This document shows, piece by piece, positions 45,525 through 55,100 of a stretch of 64,000 nt of DNA. The notes below the pieces were generated by a model, which was not told the origin of the DNA, ran no database searches, and saw nothing but the letters and a program-made list of their open reading frames with translations. The stretch comes from an uncultured virus (IMG/VR IMGVR_UViG_3300034103_001223) (lineage: Duplodnaviria > Heunggongvirae > Uroviricota > Caudoviricetes), in the IMG/VR virus record IMGVR_UViG_3300034103_001223; one strand, 5' to 3'. Each line of letters begins with the position of its first letter. Within the stretch, counting starts at the first letter, position 1. The position numbers and the translations under genes were made by a program.

Positions 45525-46459
45525 TCTCCGTCTGCATCACCTGCCGGAACGACCAAGAGGAAACGAACGCCACGATTCGCTCTATCAGGGAGACGGCTGG
45601 CGACCTTCCTGAATTGGTTGTGCTGGATGACGGCTCAGACAAGCCACTCCAACTGGATGACAAGAACGTAGTCTTCAGGACCGTCCACGGGAGAGCTGGG
45701 GTGGGACCAGCCCGCCATATCGCCGCCACGATGGCCAGCCGGAAGCATCTGCTCATCATAGACGCCCACATGCGATTTGAGCCGGGATGGTATGAGAAGG
45801 CTTTGGAGAGGTTGGAGTCCAGCGACGGCACCCTCTGGGGCTGCACCTGCGTCCACCTGAACGCGGAGAACATGCAGATGACCCTGGAGAGCAAGACCTA
45901 CAACGGGGCTACCTTGAACTTCTTCGGGCCGAACAAGAACCAGCCGCAGAAGATGCAGTTCATCGAGCCGGTCTGGATTCCCCATGCGCAGCATCCCAAG
46001 AACAACGACGTGATACCTTGCGTCCTCGGAGCTGCCTACTTTATGCCCCGCAGCCTGTTCTTCAAGATTGGCGGCATGAGGATGCTCCGCCACTGGGGTT
46101 CCTCAGAGCCTTACCTCTCGCTGAAAGTCTGGCTGGCTGGTGGTGAATGCAGGCAGATGACGGATGTGCGGATAGGACACCAGTTCAGGACCGCAACCAC
46201 CTACACCTACAAGATTGCCGCCTCGCTCTACAACAAGTTGATGATTGCGGCCACGCTCTTCCCGGAAGACGCCACGGCGTTCATGGTGGCGAAGATGCGC
46301 CAGCACGCGCTCCCAGCGCAGGACTTCAAGATTGCGATGGACCTGTTCCGCAACGACCAGTCCAACATTGAGATTGAGCGGGTCTTCGCGGAGAGGGTCT
46401 TCACAAGGTCTTTGGAGGAGTATCTGGAGCGGTTTGGAATGCCGAGGTTTTGGACTTGA
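45521..46459 (+). CDS. Polypeptide GalNAc-transferase (GT27)-like glycosyltransferase
   Basis: ELVVLDDGSD, DAH (DxH) and WGSSEPYLSLKVWLAGG..RIGHQFR. Confidence 0.7.
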   Translation: MISVCITCRNDQEETNATIRSIRETAGDLPELVVLDDGSDKPLQLDDKNVVFRTVHGRAGVGPARHIAATMASRKHLLIIDAHMRFEPGWYEKALERLESSDGTLWGCTCVHLNAENMQMTLESKTYNGATLNFFGPNKNQPQKMQFIEPVWIPHAQHPKNNDVIPCVLGAAYFMPRSLFFKIGGMRMLRHWGSSEPYLSLKVWLAGGECRQMTDVRIGHQFRTATTYTYKIAASLYNKLMIAATLFPEDATAFMVAKMRQHALPAQDFKIAMDLFRNDQSNIEIERVFAERVFTRSLEEYLERFGMPRFWT

Positions 46460-46493
46460 ACGATAAAGGTTAAGCTCCATAGTAGGAGGCAGC

Positions 46494-46724
46494 ATGTCGC
46501 TACCGCTGCCATCTGAATTCGAGGCACTCGTCCCCGCCGATCCGAACAACCCCACCTGCGATGAGCTGCGTGCGTTGTTGGACCGCGAGACTGGCTTGCA
46601 GGCGTTGCTGTATCGGTGGTGGTCCTACTGGTTCAATGAGGATGGCACGCTGACCGAGGATTTTACTGAGCAAATCTGCAATGCTGGCTGCGGAAGCAGT
46701 GGCTCAAGCTCCACCCCACCATGA
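46494..46724 (+). CDS. Small virion protein (Cys-containing module plus Ser tail)
   Basis: AGGAGG RBS; paralogous to the N-terminus of the next gene. Confidence 0.7.
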   Translation: MSLPLPSEFEALVPADPNNPTCDELRALLDRETGLQALLYRWWSYWFNEDGTLTEDFTEQICNAGCGSSGSSSTPP

Positions 46725-47500
46725 GTTGCCCCATACCGTCGGACTTTCAGGACTTGATTATTGACCAGAACTCCTCGGTGTGCGAGGCGTTGAGCAAGCT
46801 CGGGCCAGCCTCCCAGCTTTGGTATCAAGCCTACTCCTGCATCTACAAGAACAACCTTGAGTTCACCGAGGAGTTTCGCACGAAGATTTGCGATACCGGC
46901 TGCGGTGGCGGTGGTGGCGGGACATCCACATCCACTACTCAGGCAGGTTCCGGCGAGCAGCCTTACGACGCTGCTGGGTCGTATGAGTTCACGGTTCCTG
47001 ATGGGGTTACGGAGCTGACTGTGGTTGTGGTTGGCGGTGGTGGTGGCGGTGGTGGGCGTGGAAGTCCGTCCCTTTTCCCAACCCGAGTATGCTCTGGTGG
47101 CGGTTCCGGCGAGAAGCGAGTGCATACTTTTGCGGTCGTTCCGTCTGCGACGGTCAACGTCACTGTTGGAGGTGGCGGAACTCAAGACAGTGTGACAGGT
47201 GATGGCTCAAGCGGTGGAGCTTCCGGCGTTTTTTACAGTGCTGTCAATATCGTTGCTAACGGTGGTGGTGGTGGTCAAAACGAAGACTGCACAACTGCCC
47301 CATTCGCAGGTGGCGCTGGTGGTAGTGGTGGTAGCGGTGGAACTGGAACCAGCGGAAATGCTGGCGGTCCATCCACTGTGGCTTGCGGAAGTGGTGCTGG
47401 TGGCGCATCGGTTGGTCTTTCCGCTGGCGCTGGTTCAGCCGGAAGCATGGCTGACAACTCGCACCCTGGATTCGCTGGCGCAGTTCTGATCACTTGGTAA
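46721..47500 (+). CDS. Glycine-rich fibre/appendage protein
   Basis: FTVPDGVT.L.VVVVGGGGGGG..GAVLITW, a glycine-rich fibre domain. Confidence 0.75.
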   Translation: MSCPIPSDFQDLIIDQNSSVCEALSKLGPASQLWYQAYSCIYKNNLEFTEEFRTKICDTGCGGGGGGTSTSTTQAGSGEQPYDAAGSYEFTVPDGVTELTVVVVGGGGGGGGRGSPSLFPTRVCSGGGSGEKRVHTFAVVPSATVNVTVGGGGTQDSVTGDGSSGGASGVFYSAVNIVANGGGGGQNEDCTTAPFAGGAGGSGGSGGTGTSGNAGGPSTVACGSGAGGASVGLSAGAGSAGSMADNSHPGFAGAVLITW

Positions 47501-49446
47501 TGTCCACCACCCCCTACAAGTCAATCATCCTGCGGCCCCTCCTTGGGCCGATGGACTCGCGGTCCAACCCGGAGGACGCACCCGCGAACTCGTTCCGCTT
47601 CAAGCTGAACATGATGGTGGACGACAACGACAAGCTCGCCCGAGGCTACGGATGGGAGCGGCTGCTCGCAGATGCCTCGCCTTACGTTAATCAAGACGCG
47701 CACGACCAAGGAGACTGTTTCGACACTCTACCTCCTAGAGAGCCGATTACGCTGCTTTACGAGGCTACCAACAACCTCGGCATCCGCCGACTGATTCGCG
47801 GCCAGCAATCCTCCCTCGCCATCCTGAGCGAAAGCACTGGCGACTGGACTTACATCGGCAGGAACTTTGGGGGTGGAACAACTGCCACCCAGCTCAGGTG
47901 GTCGGTTGGTCAGGCTGGCAACACCATCATCTTCACGAACAACCGCGATAAGCCTCAAAGCTACTCCATCGGAACGCTTCCAGCAGGATGCGGCGATTCA
48001 GCCGTCAACGAGATTGCCGCACTGAACACCTTAGACGTGACGCAAGCTGCGGTCGCTGCCAGCTTCAACGGCTGCATTTTCCTGATGAACGTGGTTCAGG
48101 AGGGAACTCGCATCACGAGTCGCGTCCGGTGGAGTGGTGTGAACCGACCTCTGACTTGGGTTCCTGCTGATGACACCATAGCAAACTTCCAAGACCTCCC
48201 TTACACGGAGACAATCCTTGCAGCGCGGGAGTTGCAGGGAAACCTCATCATCTTCACCGACAAAAGTATCTATCGGTGCTTCGTGAACGGCATTTCGTTC
48301 GGGTTTGCCCGCGTCTATACCGAGCCAACGAACCGGGACAAGTGCCTCGTCTATCCGCAGTCCTTGGTGAGTGATGGAAACAACCTCTACTGGCTTGGCC
48401 GGGATGCGTTTTACCAGTGGAACGTCTATCTGGCTGAACCTCAACAGCCCGAATGGCTGTGGCGCTCCTCGAATCTGGTCATTAACACCCTCGACACGAG
48501 TTGCTGCTCCGGGCCGGTGGGCGAATACTGGCCAAACCTGAAGACAATCCTCTGGTCCTGGCCGAAAAGTGGTGAGGGATGCCTCAACTTCCGCACCATT
48601 CAGGCGAATCTGCGGGTCAACACCGCCGACATCATTGACCACGGGTTCACCGTCTTCGCCAACTACCGCAGCGACCGTCGGCAGACGCTTGATGAGTGGC
48701 TCGATGAGTATTGCACCGACGATTTCCTCGGCCTCTGCGCCAACATCGGTGGAAAAACCATTGATGACTTCTGCGCAGAGTGCAATCAGCAGCAGCTTTT
48801 CATCGGGGCATCCTCGCAGGACTACTCCATCAAGCAGCTCGGCACGAGCTACAGCCGGGAACGCTGCGAGAACGCTGCCACTGGAGAGGGTTCTTTCGAT
48901 GCACAGGGCAACTACGTCCCGTTCGTTGGGGAATACGTCAATGACGGCTATTTCAGCATCGTTCGCGGGATGTTCCCGCTGGGAAACATGGATTACGAGA
49001 AGTCCATCCGGCAGTTCCTCATGGAGCCGACCGTTCAAGACCTCCTCGGCGACTCAAACTACTGGCGGCTGCGCATCGGCACGAGCTATCAGGCGCGAGA
49101 CGCCAATCCTTACCTGAAGCCGCTCGCTTTCGGATACGAGACAGACGACTTCGCCCCGGAGTGGCAGGCGGAGTTCACCACGGACGGAGATTCCTGCGAG
49201 GTGCTCTGGCATCGGATGACGGACAGGGAAATCCGCTGCCCTGACGACATGACGACCGCTCAATACTTGGCTGCAAACGTCAGGCCGGTGAAGTCGGAGA
49301 ATTGGGTGGGACTTTTCCAGGGCCGTTTCCTCTACTTCGAGTTGTCTGTGATTGGGAAGAACGAGCTTGGTGAGGTGATTCCGCCCGTGGGCGCGGTGTT
49401 CACGCTCAGTCGCTTTCAGGTGGATGCTCGGGTGATGGCATCCTGA
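47500..49446 (+). CDS. Tail tubular/nozzle (stabilisation) protein
   Basis: Beta-propeller-like pattern with VRWS, LIIFT..SIY and LYWLG motifs; size and position fit. Confidence 0.6.
   Translation: MSTTPYKSIILRPLLGPMDSRSNPEDAPANSFRFKLNMMVDDNDKLARGYGWERLLADASPYVNQDAHDQGDCFDTLPPREPITLLYEATNNLGIRRLIRGQQSSLAILSESTGDWTYIGRNFGGGTTATQLRWSVGQAGNTIIFTNNRDKPQSYSIGTLPAGCGDSAVNEIAALNTLDVTQAAVAASFNGCIFLMNVVQEGTRITSRVRWSGVNRPLTWVPADDTIANFQDLPYTETILAARELQGNLIIFTDKSIYRCFVNGISFGFARVYTEPTNRDKCLVYPQSLVSDGNNLYWLGRDAFYQWNVYLAEPQQPEWLWRSSNLVINTLDTSCCSGPVGEYWPNLKTILWSWPKSGEGCLNFRTIQANLRVNTADIIDHGFTVFANYRSDRRQTLDEWLDEYCTDDFLGLCANIGGKTIDDFCAECNQQQLFIGASSQDYSIKQLGTSYSRERCENAATGEGSFDAQGNYVPFVGEYVNDGYFSIVRGMFPLGNMDYEKSIRQFLMEPTVQDLLGDSNYWRLRIGTSYQARDANPYLKPLAFGYETDDFAPEWQAEFTTDGDSCEVLWHRMTDREIRCPDDMTTAQYLAANVRPVKSENWVGLFQGRFLYFELSVIGKNELGEVIPPVGAVFTLSRFQVDARVMAS
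49412..49439 (+). repeat. 28-bp direct repeat, copy 1
   Basis: GCTTTCAGGTGGATGCTCGGGTGATGGC. Confidence 0.9.
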
Positions 49447-50351
49447 CAGCGGCTTACTATAAGCGTGGCAGCATCGCTGTGGACCCCAAATTCTTCGTAA
49501 TCTGGAGGTGCAGTCTGATTCCTAAGCGACCGAATGCAGGCTCTTGCGAAGTTGATCTTGTTTTGCTCAGAAACGAAGTCGTCGGCACTGGTGAGCACTA
49601 CTCCAAACGCCTCTCTCGTTAGCGGGCCGACCCTCTTTTGAATCTCCATCGCCCTCGGTTGGAGAACGTGGAAATCTGGATACTTTGGGAAGTTGGCTGG
49701 AATCCCTAACATGTGGCAATTTACTGCCTCCCTTACAGCATCAGTGTATGGACCTTCGTTTTCAATGGATACTGCAAGGGCAAGTTCAGCCTCCTTTTCG
49801 CGCTGCTTTTGCCGAGCTAGAACGCGCTTGCGCTCATCCTCCTTCGCCTTCTTCTTTGCAGCAATACTGTCGCGCCTCTTCTGAAGCTCTTCAGGGGTGA
49901 GCTTTCTTCCGACTTTGGCTGGCTCAGAACTTCCAACGGCGCACAGCTTGCGAATGAACGGAGGATTGAGTTTCCCGTCCTCATCGTAAATTGCAAGATA
50001 CGCAGTGTTGAGTGAGTCAATCTGGCTGAACACTTTTGAGATGGACTCGCAAATCTGACTCCCGTTCTCTTTTCGAGTTGCTCCGAGTAGCGTTACAGCT
50101 CGATCTCGAAGCCTCTTCTGGTCTTCTTCCAAGTTTTTTGCGTCCACCTCGGCAAGCAGCTTCCCAAGCTGCCGTTCTCCAAACTTGTTCACGACCTCGG
50201 TTGCTTCCGGGTCAACGCTTGAGAAGGACCAGTAGCAGCTCCGGTCAATTCTGAAAGCGGTTCGCTCTACTGGCTCGTCTCCTGATGAAACTCCAAACTC
50301 CCGCTCATACCACCCAAGATCGCGATTTAACTTTGGCCTGTCTATGAACAT
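49416..50351 (-). CDS. Hypothetical protein between the direct repeats
   Basis: 311-aa ORF with a copy of the module seen at 46494 and 46721. Confidence 0.65.
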   Translation of the reverse strand: MFIDRPKLNRDLGWYEREFGVSSGDEPVERTAFRIDRSCYWSFSSVDPEATEVVNKFGERQLGKLLAEVDAKNLEEDQKRLRDRAVTLLGATRKENGSQICESISKVFSQIDSLNTAYLAIYDEDGKLNPPFIRKLCAVGSSEPAKVGRKLTPEELQKRRDSIAAKKKAKEDERKRVLARQKQREKEAELALAVSIENEGPYTDAVREAVNCHMLGIPANFPKYPDFHVLQPRAMEIQKRVGPLTREAFGVVLTSADDFVSEQNKINFARACIRSLRNQTAPPDYEEFGVHSDAATLIVSRCQDAITRAST

Positions 50352-50596
50352 GGGCTTTCAGGTGGATGCTCGGGTGATGGCTTCGTGATTCGTTTCACCT
50401 CCGTAATCACCCGCATAGCAGCAACTCCAACATTTCCAAACGTGGCGTGGTCCTCAATTCCTTGCGTTCGGCAGAGGTGTGAAAGGATGTCGAAGTTGTG
50501 ACGCTTGGAGATTTCAGCAGCATCTTCCTTTGAGAGCTTGCTGAGAGCGTGTTCAGCATCAGCCACTGCCATTTCAGTCCACGACGGGTTATGCAT
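50342..50596 (-). CDS. Hypothetical protein
   Basis: ORF within the leftward block. Confidence 0.5.
   Translation of the reverse strand: MHNPSWTEMAVADAEHALSKLSKEDAAEISKRHNFDILSHLCRTQGIEDHATFGNVGVAAMRVITEVKRITKPSPEHPPESPCS
50354..50381 (+). repeat. 28-bp direct repeat, copy 2
   Basis: Identical to 49412-49439. Confidence 0.9.
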
Positions 50597-50879
50597 TGTT
50601 AGAGGCTTGCAGTGCATCGTGCCACGCCTCGACTTTTTCACGCACCATTTCCACCGCCATGCGTTGCGCGGTTTCGGCACTCACGGCATCGACCGGCACG
50701 GTATCCATTCCGGCCTCGTAGCAATGCATGACCCACTTTTCGGGATAGCGGATGTGTCCACTTGTGACAACGATTCTCAGACCGCCGATTTCGGTTGTCC
50801 ACGACGTAGGCTTTCGAGCCTTGTCGTCACGGCTGTATGATGTTGTGTCCTTCCAGTTCATATTGTTTTTCACGTTCAC
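50589..50879 (-). CDS. Hypothetical protein
   Basis: WKDTTSYSR..HIRYP..W motif. Confidence 0.6.
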   Translation of the reverse strand: MNVKNNMNWKDTTSYSRDDKARKPTSWTTEIGGLRIVVTSGHIRYPEKWVMHCYEAGMDTVPVDAVSAETAQRMAVEMVREKVEAWHDALQASNNA

Positions 50880-51214
50880 CTCTTAATCCACTTCTCCAAG
50901 CATCGGTTAAAAGTCTTCCTCGCAGCCGGTGACAGGTGATTCAGCGGCTTCTCCGACACGGCAGCAGCCAGCAGGAATCGCCGCACTTTGAACGGCTTGA
51001 ACAGGTCCACGCAGGCGGCGTCGGCAAAAGCTCCGCACACATCCACATTCACGCCTTCCCAAGAGGTCTTCACCGCCAACCGCTCCACCATGCGCAAGGA
51101 CAGGCCGGAACGCTCTGCGAGCTGATTCCTTGAAAGAGGTTTCCGGTCCACCTTCGCCATCGCGGCGACGATGAAGGGGGGAACTTCGTCAAGGACTTGC
51201 GGGAGGGTTGGCAT
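50876..51214 (-). CDS. HTH (XRE-like) protein
   Basis: LSRNQLAERSGLSLRMVERL. Confidence 0.6.
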   Translation of the reverse strand: MPTLPQVLDEVPPFIVAAMAKVDRKPLSRNQLAERSGLSLRMVERLAVKTSWEGVNVDVCGAFADAACVDLFKPFKVRRFLLAAAVSEKPLNHLSPAARKTFNRCLEKWIKR

Positions 51215-51663
51215 CAGTTTGCCTGCGCATGAAACTTCTCCAGCGCGTTCATCTCATCGTCATTCAAGGTGATGGTCCCACCGGGAGCCGCATTGGCGAG
51301 CTTGGCGATGAACACCGCATCATCCACCGGAAGGTTCTCCACATGGCTCAACTCCACGAGGCGCTCTTTCAGAGCCGGGTTAAACTTCACTATGGCGTAT
51401 CTCCGTGAGGCGGTGATAAAGGCGACGCTCCCATCAGCGAGCTTCTCCTTGCACCCCTGACACTCCGCCATCTTCAACTCTGGCGAGGTGAACAGCTTCG
51501 TTCGTTCAAACATCAAGCCGCAGATAGGGCACATCCGGGTGAACCTCTGAGCCGACGCCACAGCCTTGTTCTTTCCGCTCGTCACCTGCGCCTTGGCCAT
51601 TGAGGGGAGGTCGCCCCAAAGATTCGTCAGGCCGCGTGGTTTGTAGGGGTCGGGTTGCGACAT
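51214..51663 (-). CDS. Zinc-binding hypothetical protein
   Basis: CPICG..CQGC. Confidence 0.55.
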   Translation of the reverse strand: MSQPDPYKPRGLTNLWGDLPSMAKAQVTSGKNKAVASAQRFTRMCPICGLMFERTKLFTSPELKMAECQGCKEKLADGSVAFITASRRYAIVKFNPALKERLVELSHVENLPVDDAVFIAKLANAAPGGTITLNDDEMNALEKFHAQAN

Positions 51664-51754
51664 GCCAGCGAGCGTCCGCCAGATTTGGCGGGGTGTCAAG
51701 GGGTTTCTGACAGTGTGGAGAGGGGTGAATCCTTGAGGGAGCGGAGCAGAGGCA

Positions 51755-52145
51755 AACTCCAACTGTTGCCAGTTAGAGTTGCAGAAGGGCAGATCCTCTC
51801 GGTCGCTTCGCTTCGGTTTGAACAGCCCTCCGGGACACCTTAACCATCGGAACCCGCACCAGCTTTTACGCGCTGGAACTGCTGTTATCAGTGTGCTCGG
51901 AACGGCTCGCGTCGGGCGGCTTGTGGCACACTCTTTAAGGCAGCCGGTTTTTAGTCCATCTGCCCGTGTTTAACCTTCAACTGGCTGGAGCATTACCAGC
52001 AGGGAAGGGTTACGCCATCGGCGTCTGAAAAAGGAAACACCCGACCTTTGTCATCCCGATGGGTGTGAAGCAATCTGGGAAACCTGTGGCCGGGGTGTTC
52101 GGTTTGCACAGGGGTCAAAATGATTTCTGATTGCTTCACGCCGCG
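51755..52145 (-). ncRNA. Structured non-coding RNA / long leader
   Basis: Multiple stems including a GCAA-capped hairpin with a minus-strand G-U pair; promoter TTGACA-N16-TAGCTT at about 52146-52173. Confidence 0.5.
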
Positions 52146-52169
52146 AAGCTATATCAATAAAGATTGCTG

Positions 52170-55100
52170 TCAAGCTGTCAATCGCACCCGGCGAATCTTT
52201 TTCCTGCGGCTTCTCATTGGGCTAATCTTCCGGCGACGACCCGTGAGGCTGATGCGGCGAATCTTCGCCCGACGACGACCACGGGAAGCGGAAACCCCAA
52301 CCGACTTCATCCGGCCAGACACCCCGCCAGTGAGTGAGACGCGACCGTAGGAGGGTTCGCGCACAGTGCCTCCAGGGCGATTCTCGGCGACATCCTCCTT
52401 GGTGATGTTCCCCGGCTTGCCAAAGAGCGCCTGTGCCCCGTCTTGCCACGCCTTGATGCCTTGGCGGATGACTTGGCCACGTTCTGTTGTGGCATCGCCA
52501 ATGAGCTGCTTGTATTGCTCAACTGAAGGGCGGCGTCCGCCCAAGGCTGCGGTGACTGGATTGATTTCCTGATAGTCTTGCCACACGGATGCCTTGGCGG
52601 TCTTGGCGGCGACTTCCGGTGAGTCGCCCGCTTCGAGGCGTTGCTTGGTGTAGAACGCTTCTAGCTCGGCTATGTTCTTCTGAGCGGAAGCCTTGGCCTT
52701 AGAGAAGGCTTCAGTGTCGCCATCGCGTTGCGCCTGAGCCATGCGGCTAACATCATCGCTGATGGCGCGGCGTTGGACGGAGGTGTAGCCAGCAGGTCCA
52801 AAGACCCCAGCGGGAGGCGTCTCGATGCCTTCCACCTTGGCGTTCTCCAAAATCATGTTCTTGGTGATGTTCACCTCGCCGGGATTCATGCCCAGCAAGT
52901 AGTTCAGCTCCGCTCCACCAAACGACATTTGCAGGAGTGTCTTCCTGAGTGGGACAATCGCTTTCGTTACGTCTCCTGTATCCGAGAATATCTTAAACCC
53001 GCTCACCAAGTCCCGAAGCAGCTTGGATGCAGTTGAGAAAACGAACGCCCGCTGGGATGGGTCAAGCGGCTTCCGCCCATCTAGCCATCCGGTGACGCCT
53101 GAAATTGCATCGCCAAAGAAATACGTTGCCGCAGCGAGGTAGCGGCCAGCGGCAGCGGTCATGTGCTTCGGATTGGTCCAGAACTCTGAATCCAATGGAG
53201 TAACCCTGCCAGACCTTTGCCCCTGCATCTTTCTGCGCCACAGCTCGCCAGCAGCCTCAGCCGCTCCTTGGGTGATGAGCGCAATCGCAGCGATGCCGAC
53301 ATACATCGGCAGCTTGTGGAGAGCTTGCAAGACGGCCTTCCTGTCGCGGGAGCCGCCCAGTGTGATGCGCAGCAGCTTTAATGTGGCATCTGCCGGGTAT
53401 CCGGTCAGGGCCAGTAAGGTTCGCCAGATGGGATACGCCTGCCCCGAGGCTGCCCGATTCATTGGCAGCGCGGCGTTGTTCTCCGCAACCATGCTCCGCT
53501 GCACCGCTTCATAGGTGCGCGGGTCGAACACTCTGGCTGGCTTTCCAGCCGTCTTGTCCTGATAGTATTGCAGGAGGTTCTTTTCCAACTGGAATCCTTC
53601 AGCGGAGGCGCTGTTTTCGAGGAACCTTCGGACTTCTCCTAGCGAGTTCCTTCCATCCTGCTCGTTGCTGGTAGGCAGCCACTCGGAAGGCATCAGCATT
53701 GAGTCCTTGTTGGTCGGGTCAATCCGGGTGATGCCAGCCTTGGCCAGCCGCTCACCGAACACCATCGCAACATCCTGAAGGCGCTGCTCAAGGTTTCCGA
53801 CTAGCCCAAGTGAAAGGGCGTTCATTGAGGTGTCGCTCGTTTCAAGAACGCTGCCACGGACGAACGCCTTATTGGTGTCCAACGCGAAGTTTGCGACTCG
53901 GTTGGCGAAGTGGATTGCCCGAGAGAGTGCATTCGCCTCCGCATCTTCCTGTTCTTTGCGCGTCTGGAACTGGCCGGTTTCGCGCCACGATTGGCCAGAT
54001 ACCTCAGTCCAGTCTTGGCTGGTATCAAAGCCCATGCGGTGAACCGCCGCGATGCTGTCCCTGACCGGCTGCGCTCCAACCATCGGTTTGCGTAGCGCAA
54101 ATTGGATTGGCTTGAACAAGGCTTCGTCAGCCAGCACATCCACAAGTTTCTGGATAGTCTTCTGCGCCTGCGGGTCGCGCCCCATGCGGCGGTCAATAAA
54201 TCCGCTGACATTACGGGCTGTCAGATAGGCCGTGTTCAAGTAGCCACGAGGGATGTTCGTCAACGCCTTCCAGAGTGCCAACTTGAGGCTCATGTAGTGC
54301 ATCTGCTGCGCCACGTTGAACACCTGACCCTGACCTTGTGATGTGTTGCGAAGGGCTAGTGCGACTCCGGCCAGAATGTTTCCAAGTGTCGCATCTACGA
54401 TCTTCCGGCCTATCTTGGTTGGAATTATGTCAGGGCCACCCTTGCGGTAGCTGTCCTCGAACTTCTTTAGGGATTCCTGAAGAAGTTGCAGCACGTCTTG
54501 CATTTCCTGCTGGTTGCCACCGTAGTTTTCGGACAGCAGCTTCTTGTCAGCATCCGTGGCTCCCGCAGCGCCCATTCGGTTCAGCCGATTCTCCAACTCC
54601 CTGATGGACAGGCGCAGCGCATTAGCGAAGTCCACCAAGACGGTGTGATTAGCGCGTGAAAGGGCAGTGGTGCGCTCAATGCTCCCCAGCGGGCCGTAGT
54701 CGTAGTATCTGGAAGGAAGTTCTAGTTTGGCGGCAGGCTTGGTGAACTCGTTTTCAGAGGACAACGCAATTGAGAGTCCGCTGTTTTTGGCATTGTCTTC
54801 AGTGCGCTCCTTCTGGATACGCTGCGCATGGGAGAGGTATTGGAGCAGCTCGTTGTTGAGTCCTTCCCGAGCGGTGTCCAGTGGGTTCTTCCCGCTCGTA
54901 ACAGGAATCTCAGCAGCAATCAGGTCCACCAAGTCCTGCACGCTGTTCACCTGATCCATGTTCCCGGCTAGCCATCGTGCGGCAATCCGCTTCTCGGCAG
55001 CCGCCATCTCGGCGGACTGCTTGAAGGTCCGGTCGGTGCGTGGACTGTTCAAGATGTGCTGCTTCAAATCAATTACGTTCTCGTTCCAGTGCTTGACCAC

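Noticed and set aside
39128..46459. GT cluster as DNA hypermodification or captured host LPS locus
   Set aside because: Not excluded but disfavoured: no base hydroxymethylase, phage polymerase, flippase or sugar-synthesis genes, and the cluster is co-oriented within the virion operon.
46900..47450. GGT/GGC repeats as a DNA-level element
   Set aside because: Explained by the glycine-rich fibre domain.
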